A DNA stretch of 64,000 nt. Origin: Myxococcales bacterium (GTDB lineage: Bacteria; Myxococcota_A; Polyangia; Polyangiales; Polyangiaceae). The notes under the pieces are model-generated. The model was given only the letters and a program-made list of their open reading frames with translations, was not told the origin of the DNA and did no database searches. A program made the translations under genes and the position numbers. Where the stretch lies: the NCBI GenBank assembly GCA_040348565.1, contig JBEQSW010000431.1:4656-68655 (forward strand), given 5' to 3'. Within the stretch, counting starts at the first letter, position 1. Every line of letters starts with the position of its first letter. Below are positions 10,354 through 21,386 of the stretch, in pieces.

Positions 10354-12048
10354 ATGCGCGTTCGGAGGTGGAGCGTTCTTTTACTCGTGCTCGCCGCTAT
10401 CGATGCGGGCTGTCGCGGCCAGCTCACGGTGTGTGAGTCGCTCAGCTGTTTGCCCACGGAGTCTGCTGAAGGTGGCTCGGGCGGCGAGAGCGCAGGAGAG
10501 CCCGACCTGCCCGTGCCGCACGACACGGCGTCGGGTGGTGATGCCGAGCCGGGCAGCGGCGGCGTCGGAGCGGCAGGCGGCGAGGGCGGGCAGCCCGGTC
10601 TCGAGACGTGCGCCGAACGAACACAAATCTGCCCCGCCGCCAGCGTTTGCAACGACCGGCCGGAGGGCGCGAGCTGCAGCTACCCGCCCGGTCTCGGCAT
10701 GGTGGCGTACGTCGGGAACGACATCGATGGCGGGGCAAGCTTGGTGGTTGTGCCGCTGTCCCCAGCGCTGCCGGAGCCGGCACGGCTCGATTGGTCGGCC
10801 GGCGCCGAAAAAGGCAAGTTCGTCATGCCCTGGCGCCCGTCGTGGGCCCCCAACGGCCAAGCCCTCACGTTCTACCTCACCGCCGCCGACTTCTTGAGCG
10901 ACTTCTCGCAGCGCTTCTACTGGGTCGATCTGAGCCTGCCGGCGCCGCTCACCCCGATGCGCATCCCCAACATCCCCGTCACGGACGACTTTTCGTCGAC
11001 GCTGTGGTCGCCAAACTCTCGACGCCTCTTGGTTCAGCAGACGGCCGGTGTGTTCGTCGTCGATTTCGCGGACGGCCGTGCGACGACCGAGCGCGTCGGC
11101 GAAGAGGGTGCGAGCTTGACCGAGCTTGCGTTCTGCGCCGATGGCTCGCTCGTCTACAATCAAGACGGCCTCGCAACCATCGCTCCTGGGCTGGATCAGG
11201 TGCCGATCGAGCTCGAGCAGACGGTCGTGTCGGTTGCTCCTGGGGGCCGCTGGTTGTTGCTGTCGGACGGCACCACCGACTTCGTCGCTGCCTGCGCCAC
11301 AGGGGCCACGCCTCTGTCGCTGCAGCCGGCGAGCTTCGGCGCAGATTGGTCGGCAAATGGTGACGACTTGGTCTTGACCGACAGCGACTCCGAGCCCGTG
11401 GTGCGAAGTGTCTGGCACTTCGAGATGGATGCCGACCCCCGCCTGGTGCAGCAGGTGTCGACCAGCGCGCGCGACGTCGCCTGGCAGCCGGCTGGTCCTC
11501 GCTTGCTCTACCAAAGCTGGCAGAACGATGCGGCGGGCACCTTTCACGTGCTCGACTTGACCGCTGAGCCGGTCGACCGCGCCTTGCCGATCGCGCCCGA
11601 GCTGGTTGGGGACGATAACGCCTTCGAGGTGTCCTGGGTGGCGCAGAGCAGCAAGGTGCGTTGGAGCTATTTCGACGAGGACCTGGAGCGCCATGATTTC
11701 CTGCTCGATCTCGCCGCCGAAGGTGACCCGGTACCGCTCGGCAGTACAACGCCCGATTGGTTTTCGAGCGATGGCGAGCAATCGCTGTCGATCGAGCAAT
11801 TGGACGAAGGCTCGCAGGTTTGGCTTTCGGAGGTGAGCAATCCTACGGAACGCCAGCCGCTCTTCCCGGAGCCCCTGCCTTGCTACTTGCTCGTGAAGGA
11901 CCTGTTGCCCGGCGCGGCTCCCTTCCTGGAATGCACCGACGCCGATGAGCGAACCACCTTGTATGCGGTGGCCGATGATTTGCATTCGGCGCTCCAGATT
12001 AGCGATGGAACCTACGTTGATGATCCAGTGCTTCGCCCACGCCCGTGA
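10354..12048 (+). CDS. Lipoprotein with TolB/PD40-like beta-propeller
   Basis: RBS GAGGAG; lipobox 'DAGC'; Gly-rich linker; EGF-like Cys cluster; repeated 'WAPNG/WSPNS/WSANG/WQPAG' blades. Confidence 0.75.
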   Translation: MRVRRWSVLLLVLAAIDAGCRGQLTVCESLSCLPTESAEGGSGGESAGEPDLPVPHDTASGGDAEPGSGGVGAAGGEGGQPGLETCAERTQICPAASVCNDRPEGASCSYPPGLGMVAYVGNDIDGGASLVVVPLSPALPEPARLDWSAGAEKGKFVMPWRPSWAPNGQALTFYLTAADFLSDFSQRFYWVDLSLPAPLTPMRIPNIPVTDDFSSTLWSPNSRRLLVQQTAGVFVVDFADGRATTERVGEEGASLTELAFCADGSLVYNQDGLATIAPGLDQVPIELEQTVVSVAPGGRWLLLSDGTTDFVAACATGATPLSLQPASFGADWSANGDDLVLTDSDSEPVVRSVWHFEMDADPRLVQQVSTSARDVAWQPAGPRLLYQSWQNDAAGTFHVLDLTAEPVDRALPIAPELVGDDNAFEVSWVAQSSKVRWSYFDEDLERHDFLLDLAAEGDPVPLGSTTPDWFSSDGEQSLSIEQLDEGSQVWLSEVSNPTERQPLFPEPLPCYLLVKDLLPGAAPFLECTDADERTTLYAVADDLHSALQISDGTYVDDPVLRPRP

Positions 12049-13363
12049 CGCGCTTCGGGCGGCGCTCGTTACCGTGCTCGCGCTTTCGGGGATGGGTAGC
12101 GTCGGCTGCCATCAGTTCACGGCCTGCTACGATCAGATCTGCGATGAGGTTGCGCGAGGCGGGGCGCCCAGCGACGAGCCTTCGACGATGACAGCGGGCA
12201 CGGGCGGCCGAGCCACCGACCCCGCCGAAGCTGGGCAGGCCGGGAATGGCGGGGTTGCCGCGGAAGGCGGACAAGGCGGGGAGGCTGGTGCCGGCGGAGA
12301 GCCAGACGCCATCGCAACTTGCCGCGCGCCGTTCGCCGATTGTGACGAGTCGACGCTCACGAGCTGCGAAACGAACCTCGATAGCGACCTCCATCACTGC
12401 GGCGCTTGCAACGTTCGTTGCTCCGGCTTCTGCTCGGCGGGCCGATGCCACGACCTCGAGATTCTGGCGCCTAGCGTCAACGGCCTCGACCGCGCCGGAA
12501 TCACGGTGACGGATACGGCCGTCTACGCGCTGGTGGATCCAGACGATTTGCTCCTCCGCCACTTGATCCGTTTTGACAAGGTCGAAGATGCGACCGACAC
12601 GCTGCTGCTGCTCAATCAGCGGCCCGAGCGCGTGCTGGCGGGCGTGTCGAATCTCTACCTTTTTCACGATGACACCTCGTCCGTGTGGCGAGTCGACGAC
12701 GCCAACGTGCTGAAGGAAGACCCGTTGAAGGCCACGTCGATGACGCTGATCGGGTCGCGGCTGTACGCGGTGGGCGCCAAGGGCCTCGTGGCTCGTGAAG
12801 AAGGCTCGCCAACAGTGGATTCGGTTTCGCTGCCGATGGCGGTGAAGCCCGCCAGCTCATCGCTCGACCTCGCGTCGAATGGGCATTCGCTCGTGCTTCT
12901 GGCCTCCGATTCCGAAGCGTCACCCAGTCAGTACGCGATCTATCGGCTGGACACGGACGCCACCGCAACGGCTTGGCAGCCAGTTGCGAGCGGTACCGGT
13001 ACCCCGACCCGACTTCGAGTTACCGTGAACGCTGCTTACGTGTTGATCGACGTCGACGCGGACGCCCCAGACGCCGATGTTCTGCCCCAAGAGCTGCGCG
13101 AGCACGGGTTCGACGGCAAGAGCCAGGTCTTGCTGCGCACGGCAGACATCCACGATTTCGCCATCGACGCGAGCGCGCACTTGTACCTCGCCTCGCACGG
13201 GGAGCCCGCCGGCTTGCGCACGATGTCGCTCGCCAATCCGAAAGTCGTCGTCGACTTACCGATGCCCCTGGGCGTCGACACGCTCGAGCTGGACGAGCGC
13301 TACCTGTACGTCGCATCCCGCTATGATTTCGGCCTGGCGCGCCTGCCGGTCGTCGATTTCTGA
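12020..13363 (+). CDS. Cys-rich lipoprotein with beta-propeller C-terminus
   Basis: Lipobox 'SVGC'; myxobacterial Cys motif 'CETNLDSDLHHCGACNVRC..FCSAGRC'. Start uncertain. Confidence 0.7.
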   Translation: MIQCFAHARDALRAALVTVLALSGMGSVGCHQFTACYDQICDEVARGGAPSDEPSTMTAGTGGRATDPAEAGQAGNGGVAAEGGQGGEAGAGGEPDAIATCRAPFADCDESTLTSCETNLDSDLHHCGACNVRCSGFCSAGRCHDLEILAPSVNGLDRAGITVTDTAVYALVDPDDLLLRHLIRFDKVEDATDTLLLLNQRPERVLAGVSNLYLFHDDTSSVWRVDDANVLKEDPLKATSMTLIGSRLYAVGAKGLVAREEGSPTVDSVSLPMAVKPASSSLDLASNGHSLVLLASDSEASPSQYAIYRLDTDATATAWQPVASGTGTPTRLRVTVNAAYVLIDVDADAPDADVLPQELREHGFDGKSQVLLRTADIHDFAIDASAHLYLASHGEPAGLRTMSLANPKVVVDLPMPLGVDTLELDERYLYVASRYDFGLARLPVVDF

Positions 13364-13421
13364 GCCACCGGCACGCCCAAAAGTTCCCCAGAAAGGACGC
13401 ACGCGACTTGGTGCACGATCG

Positions 13422-13829
13422 CTAGGACGGAAAGCGCTCGAATGTCGGCGCCGTCTCGAGATCGTGGTCCCAGTCCGCGCGGCTCGCGACGAAGATGTGC
13501 GCATCCGGTCGCAGCGTGACGGGGCTTTCGAGGCTGCCCGCCGGCACGATCAACGCAGTGGACCCTGCGTGCAGCCGCGGCAGCGCCGAGCCGCAGGTCT
13601 TGCAGAAGCTCTTGGCGTGCCGAGTGGACGGCAGCTTGTAGGTCGTTACCTGGTCTTCTCCCGCGAGCCAGCTGAGCTTCGCGCTGGTCGAAAACAGGTT
13701 CGCCGCGTGGGCCGAACCGGTGTCTTTCCGACAGAAAGAACAGTGGCAAAGAAAGAAGCGTTCGAAGGTGCCTTCCACCTCGAAGCGCACCGCCCCACAA
13801 AGGCAAGCGCCGTAGTGTCGCGTCGTCAT
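13422..13829 (-). CDS. GFA (glutathione-dependent formaldehyde-activating/CENP-V) family protein
   Basis: 'GACLCGAVRF', 'CHCSFCRK', 'FCKTCGS' zinc-binding motifs. Confidence 0.92.
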   Translation of the reverse strand: MTTRHYGACLCGAVRFEVEGTFERFFLCHCSFCRKDTGSAHAANLFSTSAKLSWLAGEDQVTTYKLPSTRHAKSFCKTCGSALPRLHAGSTALIVPAGSLESPVTLRPDAHIFVASRADWDHDLETAPTFERFPS

Positions 13830-13902
13830 CCTGCTCTCCTATCACGGCCGCAGCTCGTCCACCTCTCGTTCTCCTCGCTCCCGTGAACTACACTGACGGG
13901 CG

Positions 13903-14997
13903 ATGGTCCTGCTGAGCGCTCTCCGCCACTACGCCATCGCTCGCAGCCTGTTCGCGCCGACCACGCTCAAGCGCGCCGTCGCGCGCCTCGGCTTCGTTCA
14001 AGCCGATCCGATCCGCGCGCCCGCGCGCGCTCAAGATCTCACGCTGCGCCATCGCGTCGTCGACTACCGCGCCGGCGATCTGGAGCGCCACTACGCGCGC
14101 CTCGGTATCGAAGAAGACTTTTTCATCAACTACGGCTTCATGTCGCGCGAGCTGCAGGCGTTGATGCATCCGCGCTCGGGCCTTGCGGCCATGTCCAAGG
14201 CGCGCGCGCGCCAAGCCCGGCAAATCTTGGACCTCGTCGTGCAGCAGGGTCGGGTTCACCCGCGCGACGTGCAGCAGCAGCTCGGCATGGGCACCGAAAC
14301 GAATTACTGGGGTGGCGCCTCGAACACCACCACTCGGCTCCTCGATCAACTGCACTTCCGCGGCCTTTTGCGCGTCGCCGCGCGCGACTCCGGGATTCGC
14401 CTGTACGCGCCCGCCACCATCACGCCCGCTCGGCGAGCCAAAGGCGACGAAGCGAGCCTCGACGCGTTGATCGACTTTGCGGTGCGCAAGTACGCCCCGC
14501 TACCCGCCGCCAGCCTGCCGCCACTGATCGCCCGGCTGCGCTACGGCGCGCCCCAATGGAAGGGCAGCTTGAAAAACGCCGTCCAGCGCGCGAAAGCGCG
14601 ACTGCAGAGCGCGCACGTGGCGGGCACGGATTGGTTTTGGCCCGCCGAAGAAGCGCTGCCCGCGCGCGGCGGCGCGCCAGACCAGCGGGTGCGGCTGCTG
14701 GCGCCCTTCGATCCCGTGGTTTGGGACCGGCGGCGCTTCGAGTTGTTTTGGGGCTGGCAGTATCGATTCGAAGCGTACACGCCGGTGGCCAAGCGCAAGC
14801 TGGGCTATTACGCGTTGCCGTTACTGTGGCGCGACCAGGTCGTGGGCTGGGGCAATCTGAGCTTCGCCGAAGGGCGGTTGAGCGCGAGCTTCGGATACGT
14901 GACGGGCAAGCCGCCCAGCGCACGCGCGTTCAAGCAAGGTTTGGGAGAGGAGCTCGCACAGATCGAGCGATTCTTGGGCGGGCGCGGGGAGCGATAA
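13903..14997 (+). CDS. ycaQ: YcaQ/AlkZ-family crosslink-repair DNA glycosylase
   Basis: 'LGFVQADPI' (QxD motif), 'LLAPFDPVVWDRRR', 'YRFEAYTPVAKRKLGYYALPLL'. Confidence 0.9.
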   Translation: MVLLSALRHYAIARSLFAPTTLKRAVARLGFVQADPIRAPARAQDLTLRHRVVDYRAGDLERHYARLGIEEDFFINYGFMSRELQALMHPRSGLAAMSKARARQARQILDLVVQQGRVHPRDVQQQLGMGTETNYWGGASNTTTRLLDQLHFRGLLRVAARDSGIRLYAPATITPARRAKGDEASLDALIDFAVRKYAPLPAASLPPLIARLRYGAPQWKGSLKNAVQRAKARLQSAHVAGTDWFWPAEEALPARGGAPDQRVRLLAPFDPVVWDRRRFELFWGWQYRFEAYTPVAKRKLGYYALPLLWRDQVVGWGNLSFAEGRLSASFGYVTGKPPSARAFKQGLGEELAQIERFLGGRGER

Positions 14998-15009
14998 ATG
15001 CACGGATCG

Positions 15010-15250
15010 GGCTGCCAAGACGCAGCCAAGCTCGCAGAAGGCTACCGTGCCGGCGCTCGGTACCTCTGCTGCATTTGAAACCGAGCCGAACACAAACGAA
15101 ACGGTCGTGAGCGCCGCGCCTTCGGCGCGGGCGGGGCCGTACACGTGGCGGTGCACGTGAACGGCCTGCGGCCGGGGGACGTGCACGCGCCTTCGGCGCG
15201 GATGAGGTGAGCCGGCCTTCGGCCGGTGCCGGTGGACGCCTGCGGCGGGG
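15010..15250 (+). repeat. Modular repeat copy 1 (head + hexamers + triloop hairpin array)
   Basis: Head GGCTGCCAAGACGCAGCCAAGCTCGCAGAAGGCTACCGTGCC...CGGTACC starts 12 nt after the ycaQ stop, followed by CGCGCC-TTC-GGCGCG and CGGCC-TGC-GGCCG hairpins. Confidence 0.9.
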
Positions 15251-15554
15251 TGCAGGCGCGATGCGGCCTGGTGGAGATAGTTGTGGCAGTGCACGCGACT
15301 GAAGGAGCTGGCGACGTCGAGCCCTATCGTCCACGGCTGGGGCGGCGCGTGAACATCTATCTCCTCCGTGGGTTGGGCGGCTGCCGATCAAGCTCCGCCT
15401 CGGAGACCAATTGCGTTCTCACGCTATCGGGCGTGCCGAGTGGCGCGGGGATCGCCGTGCGCGACAACCGCGACCGACTCGCCGCGTACGCGGCCCGCAA
15501 ACTTGCATCACACTCGAGTTTGACGCGTGCGATCCGGCGGGCTACCGTCCGCTC

Positions 15555-16235
15555 ATGTTGATGGGGGAGACGTCGCTGTCCGCTCCGAAGTTCTGCGCCA
15601 TGGGAATGCTTGGTCTAAGCCTGTTCGCCCTCGACGCTTGTGGCGAAGCTGAACAGCACGGCACCCCGGACGGCGGCGGGACCAGCGAGATCAGCGGCAC
15701 GGCGGGCCGAAAGTCGACCGCGGGCGCGGTAGGGGTTGGCGGCGTGGCAGGCGTTGGCGGGGCAGGAAGCTCCGGGGCTGGAGCCGCAGGTGTTCCGGGC
15801 GCCGGCGCGGGAGGGACGGGTGGTCCAATGCCGGATTGCCTGCCGCCGTGCCTTTGGGCCCTGTTCGGGGGCTGCCGCCCGAAGCAGAGCTGCACCGCAG
15901 AGCACCAGGTTGGGACGAACGATTACTTGGAGTGCGAAGCCGCTACCGGCTATCGATTCGAGTCTCATGTCGACCGCGACGGTAGCCACCCCGACCCTGA
16001 CATGATCGTCCAGTTCAATGGCGCGCTTTGCTACACGGCAAACCACGTGGGCTCGACCTGGACCTACAGCGATCCGTCCGGCACCGTCGTCGCAACGGTC
16101 ACGGTCGGCGTGGACGGCGCCACGGGCACCTGCCCAGCGCTCGACGGCACCGCCGGCGCGCCCACCGCGTACCGCGTCGACACGTCGGACCCGCGCTGCG
16201 CGTCGATCGAGTGCACTCCGGGCACTTGCCCCTGA
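15555..16235 (+). CDS. Gly/Cys-rich lipoprotein, unknown function
   Basis: Lipobox 'LDAC', Gly-rich linker, Cys-containing C-terminal domain. Confidence 0.65.
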   Translation: MLMGETSLSAPKFCAMGMLGLSLFALDACGEAEQHGTPDGGGTSEISGTAGRKSTAGAVGVGGVAGVGGAGSSGAGAAGVPGAGAGGTGGPMPDCLPPCLWALFGGCRPKQSCTAEHQVGTNDYLECEAATGYRFESHVDRDGSHPDPDMIVQFNGALCYTANHVGSTWTYSDPSGTVVATVTVGVDGATGTCPALDGTAGAPTAYRVDTSDPRCASIECTPGTCP

Positions 16236-16341
16236 GCAGCCAAGGAGAGACGCTCGCCCTCGTCTCTGGCCCCAGTCCGTGCACGCGCCTCCATCTCCCT
16301 CCGCCGCAGGCGGTGTGCCATCTGCTAGATTCGAGAGAGCT

Positions 16342-16773
16342 ATGCTCCAGGGTGGATGCTTCTGCGGTGCGGTGCGCTACAAAATCGACGGGGCGCTTGG
16401 TCGTGTGAGCGCGTGTCACTGCTCGCGGTGTCGAAAGGCATTCGGCGGCGCCTCGTCGGTATATGCCGAGCTACCGGACGGCAGCGACCTCACCTGGGTC
16501 GTCGGCGCGAGTGAGCTCACCACGTGCAGTTTTTCGAAAGACTGGGCGTTCGCGTTCTGTCGTGTCTGTGGCTCTACGCTGTGCGGCATTGCTGACGGAA
16601 AGGTGCACGGTGTCGCGCTCGGCACCGTCGACGGTGACCCAGGCGTTCAAATCGAAGCGCATACCTTCGTTGGCTCGAGGGCACCCTGGGACCACATCGG
16701 CGGTAGCGCGCCTCAGTTTGCTGAGCAGTGTCCCGATGGCTTCCGCGGCAGTCCAATGGCGCCCAACGAGTAG
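16342..16773 (+). CDS. GFA family protein (second copy)
   Basis: 'GGCFCGAVRY', 'CHCSRCRK', 'FCRVCGS'. Confidence 0.9.
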   Translation: MLQGGCFCGAVRYKIDGALGRVSACHCSRCRKAFGGASSVYAELPDGSDLTWVVGASELTTCSFSKDWAFAFCRVCGSTLCGIADGKVHGVALGTVDGDPGVQIEAHTFVGSRAPWDHIGGSAPQFAEQCPDGFRGSPMAPNE

Positions 16774-16779
16774 GTGACG

Positions 16780-17090
16780 ATGAACGTGAACCGCCAGTGG
16801 CGGGGTCCGTGCGCGTGCAGGTGAACGCGCCGTCGGCGCGAAAAGGTGCACCGGCCTTCGGCCTGAAACCGTGAACCCCTTCGGGGATGAACGAGCTCCG
16901 CCCGAGTCCGTGCACGCGCCTCCGGCGCGATCCCGCCGCCGGCGGCCACGAAATCCGGCGTAGCCGGCCCCCCGCCGCCGGCTGCCCACGAAATCCGGCG
17001 CCGCCGGCTCACCTCTCCCGCGGCGAAGCCCGCGCCCACCTCCACGGCCCCGCCGCCGGCGGTCCCGGCCGCAGGCTGTCCACCTTCCAC
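16780..17090. repeat. Hairpin-array repeat: forward units followed by inverted units between convergent genes
   Basis: Forward GTGAACGCGCC-GTC-GGCGCG, GTGCACCGGCC-TTC-GGCC, GTGAACCCC-TTC-GGGG, GTGCACGCGCC-TCC-GGCGCG; then reverse-complement units (GCCGGCTCACCT, CCGGCCGCAGGCTGTCCAC). Confidence 0.75.
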
Positions 17091-17104
17091 CCCGCTCCTC
17101 TAAC

Positions 17105-17806
17105 TCAAACCTCGACTCCCTCCAGCCGCCACGCCTCCGCGAGCTGCTCGCGCCACCTCTCGTCGATGATGTCTCCGTGCCCAATGATGAGCCGCTCGGC
17201 GGGCCGCTCCAGCATCGCGCGCAGCGAGCGCGCAGCTGCAGCCCCGTCTTCTAGCTTCTTTCTCGCGTCCGGCGGGACGCGGACCCGCTCGTAGCAGCCG
17301 AAGAGCCGCGCGCCCAACCGCCACGTGAAGTGGTCCTTGCCGCCCGCCGAGCACACGATGTCCGCGCCAAGCAGGGTTCGAGTCGGTCGATGGTAGAGCA
17401 CCGTTTCGTCCCAGAACGGCACGCCCGCGAGCGGCAGCAGCTCGAGCTCGGGAACCCGCTCGCTGAATTTGCCGTCGTGGAGGTCGAGGTCGAGCTTGAG
17501 CCGTGGGTTCCTGGCGAGCGCGGAGGCTGGCCCGACGAGTGTTGCCTCAGGGAAATGGGCTGCCGCCGCCGGTGCACCGAGATGATGCCAACGGTTCGGT
17601 ACGACCAGCCAGCGCACCGGACCCAATGCACGTAGCTTTTGAGCCAAGCCAGCGGTCGGCGGCGCCGGGGTGTGCAGGAGCAAGCTTCCGTCGTCGAGGC
17701 GGACCACGGTGGTGCGCGTGCGCAGTCGCGCCCCGCTGAACCACACCGGGCGTTCGAGGCTCCAGATCCTGTCGGCGACCACAGTGGTGAGAGCGCTCTC
17801 GAGCAT
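17105..17806 (-). CDS. DUF4336 family (metallo-beta-lactamase-like fold) protein
   Basis: 'RTTVVRLDDGSLLLHTP', 'LGPVRWLVVPNRWHH', 'HRPTRTLLGAD', 'IIGHG'. Confidence 0.85.
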   Translation of the reverse strand: MLESALTTVVADRIWSLERPVWFSGARLRTRTTVVRLDDGSLLLHTPAPPTAGLAQKLRALGPVRWLVVPNRWHHLGAPAAAAHFPEATLVGPASALARNPRLKLDLDLHDGKFSERVPELELLPLAGVPFWDETVLYHRPTRTLLGADIVCSAGGKDHFTWRLGARLFGCYERVRVPPDARKKLEDGAAAARSLRAMLERPAERLIIGHGDIIDERWREQLAEAWRLEGVEV

Positions 17807-17906
17807 GCTCGCCGCCTCCTAGCGGCCCGTCGGCCCGCACCGGCCCGACGCCATTCACGAGAGTATTCGGTATCAGAAAGAAACCGATTGGCGCCAGAAA
17901 GATTGT

Positions 17907-17922
17907 TTTGCAAAAATGCAAA
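17907..17922. promoter_or_regulatory. LysR-type operator (T-N11-A palindrome)
   Basis: TTTGCA-AAAA-TGCAAA in an AT-rich gap upstream of the DUF4336 gene and next to a LysR gene. Confidence 0.65.
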
Positions 17923-17991
17923 GCTGATTTGCCCCGATGTGCACATCCGAATATCGAGGCTTCCGCGTCCTGAGCGCGGAACCTCCCGCGG

Positions 17992-18876
17992 CTACCTGAG
18001 CAAGCGTCGGGCGTCCGCCTCGATCTCCCGCGCAACGACGCGAACGCGAGCCGTCTTGCGGGCGTCGCGGCGAAACGCCAGGAACACCTCGACCAGCGGC
18101 GGCTTGGTTTCGCTGTCGAGCTCCACAAGGCCGGGAAGAGACGTCGCCTGCACGACGCCGAGCACTCCTATCCCCATGCCAGACACCACCGCCTGCTCGA
18201 TGGCGATGAGCGAATTCGAGCGAAAGGTGAAACGGCTCGCGCCGTACGCGCGCATCCACTGCTCATGCGGCAACCGCTCGAGCGAGGCATCGAGACCCAC
18301 CCAGTCGTGCGCTCCGGCCGCGTCGCGCGAGAGCCTCGCGTTCGGCAGGCGCCGCTCGACGTAGTCGCGTGAGGCGAAAACTCCGGTGCTGGCGCGGCCC
18401 AGCAACTTGGAGACGATCGGAGCCGAAGCGGAGCGCACGATGCGAATGCCGATGTCGGCCTCCCCTCGCGCCAGATCTGCGAGGCGCGACTCGGAGATGA
18501 CCTCCACGCGCAGCGCCGGGTGTTTGGCTTGCACGCGCGCCAGCAAGGGCACCAGGGGTCGCACGAAGCCCTCGCTGAGCGACACGCGCACCGTACCGGA
18601 AACCTCCGCGTCGCGCCCGTCACGGACGAGGGAGCCGAGCCCGAGCTCGAGCTCCTCGGCCAGCGCCACCAGTCGCAGCGCGTCGCTGTCCAGCTGCGTG
18701 CCGTCGTTGGTGCGGTGCACCAGAACGCGGCCCAGACTCCGTTCGATGCCCTCCACCCGGCGCGCGACGGTCGAGGCGGCAACTCCGAGCGATTTGCCCG
18801 CGGCGAAGAAGCTCCGCTCGCGATGGACGGCCAGCAAGAACCGAAGGTCGTCCCACGACGCCGTCCTAGTCTTCAT
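17992..18876 (-). CDS. LysR family transcriptional regulator
   Basis: 'WDDLRFLLAV...SFFAAGKSLGVAASTVARRV' HTH; 'LARGEADIGIR' substrate-binding domain. Confidence 0.93.
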   Translation of the reverse strand: MKTRTASWDDLRFLLAVHRERSFFAAGKSLGVAASTVARRVEGIERSLGRVLVHRTNDGTQLDSDALRLVALAEELELGLGSLVRDGRDAEVSGTVRVSLSEGFVRPLVPLLARVQAKHPALRVEVISESRLADLARGEADIGIRIVRSASAPIVSKLLGRASTGVFASRDYVERRLPNARLSRDAAGAHDWVGLDASLERLPHEQWMRAYGASRFTFRSNSLIAIEQAVVSGMGIGVLGVVQATSLPGLVELDSETKPPLVEVFLAFRRDARKTARVRVVAREIEADARRLLR

Positions 18877-18901
18877 GGGCGAACACCATACCGGAACCTC
18901 G

Positions 18902-18980
18902 GGCTGCCGAGACGCAGCCAACCTCGCAGAAGGCTAACCTGCCGTCAGTCGGGGCGGTCGAGGCGGCGGTCAGCTGAGCC
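18902..18980 (+). repeat. Internally deleted repeat copy (head fused directly to branched-hairpin arm)
   Basis: GGCTGCCGAGACGCAGCCAACCTCGCAGAAGGCTA followed by TCAGTCGGGGCGGTCGAGGCGGCGGTCAGCTGAGCC, which resembles 26375-26415. Confidence 0.75.
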
Positions 18981-18982
18981 AC

Positions 18983-20269
<1,287 letters not shown>

Positions 20270-20391
20270 CCGCGCGAAGCCTAAGTACGGCCACGCCCGC
20301 CTGACAAGCGTGGATGGCAGCTGCCGCCGGTCGCCGATGCTGAACAGAAACTTCAATTATTACAACATCTTACAGATAATTCGCCCCGCTG

Positions 20392-20418
20392 TGTCGAGCA
20401 GCGCGGACGTGAAGCGTC
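20392..20418 (+). promoter_or_regulatory. ECF42-type promoter (TGTCGA-N17-CGTC)
   Basis: TGTCGA at 20392 and CGTC at 20415, upstream of a DGPF/YciI gene, which is the known ECF42 target class. Confidence 0.6.
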
Positions 20419-20485
20419 GTGGTACATCCGCGCCGACAAGAATGGTCGGGGCTCGAACCACCACGCCGTCGATAGGAGAACCGTC

Positions 20486-21223
20486 ATGCACTTCATGATC
20501 ATGCACAAGAACGATCCGCAGACTGAAGCCGGGCAACCGCCGCCGCCCGAGCTGGTCGCGAAGATGGGCACGTTCATCGGCGAATACGCGCAGAGCGGGC
20601 GTTTCATCGATGGCGCCGGTCTGAGTGGCAGTAGGCATCGAACCCGGCTGGTGTTCCGCGGTGGCCGCTGCACCATCAAGCACGGCCCCTACGCGGGCGA
20701 GCACGAGCTGCCTACGGTCGTGCTGCAGCTCAAGGTCGCAACGCGCGAACAAGCCATCGGCTGGGCCGAGCGCTACGGCAAGATCCTCGGCGATGGTGAG
20801 CTCGAGCTCGGCAAGGTCAACGAGCCTTGGGACATTGGCGTGATGCCCGAGCCGGAAAATCCACCGTTGCAGTTTTTGCTGATCGACAAGGCCGACGCCG
20901 AAAGCGAGGCAGGCGCGCGCAGCGCACACAAGAAGGCCGAGCTTACCCGACTCAAAACCGAAATGACCAAAGCCGGCGTGCTCGTCAAATCGGTCGCGCT
21001 GAAGCCAAGCCTCACCGCCAAGCGTCTTTCCTTCGTGAACAACGCGATGCACGTCACCGACGGCCCATTCGCCGAGTCCAAGGAATTGATCGGCGGGTTT
21101 GCCATCCTCGATCTTTCGGGCAACGACGAGGCTCTCGACCTCTGCCGTCGCTACGCGGAAATCCTAGGCGGCACGCTAGAAATCGACGTGCGGCTCGTGG
21201 ACCACACTGACGATGCGCCCTGA
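20486..21223 (+). CDS. Tandem YciI/DGPF-domain protein
   Basis: 'HGPYAGEHEL' and 'DGPFAESKELIGGF' in two repeated halves; RBS AGGAG. Confidence 0.9.
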   Translation: MHFMIMHKNDPQTEAGQPPPPELVAKMGTFIGEYAQSGRFIDGAGLSGSRHRTRLVFRGGRCTIKHGPYAGEHELPTVVLQLKVATREQAIGWAERYGKILGDGELELGKVNEPWDIGVMPEPENPPLQFLLIDKADAESEAGARSAHKKAELTRLKTEMTKAGVLVKSVALKPSLTAKRLSFVNNAMHVTDGPFAESKELIGGFAILDLSGNDEALDLCRRYAEILGGTLEIDVRLVDHTDDAP

Positions 21224-21281
21224 CCCCGCAAGCGGCGAAAGTCCCGCGGCTGCCCTGCGCATCCGTTTGACGAGCGAGGTC

Positions 21282-21331
21282 GTGACGGTAGACGGCCTGC
21301 GGCCGGGGGAACGTTGACGCTTGCGGCGGGG
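21282..21331 (+). repeat. Degenerate hairpin-array repeat
   Basis: GTGACG-GTAGAC-GGCC-TGC-GGCCGGGGG...GACGCTTGCGGCGGGG, matching the core and tail of copy 1. Confidence 0.6.
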
Positions 21332-21386
21332 AGCGGTGAGAAAATAGGGGAGAGCTCGAGCGGCGGGGACGTACACTCACTGGACT

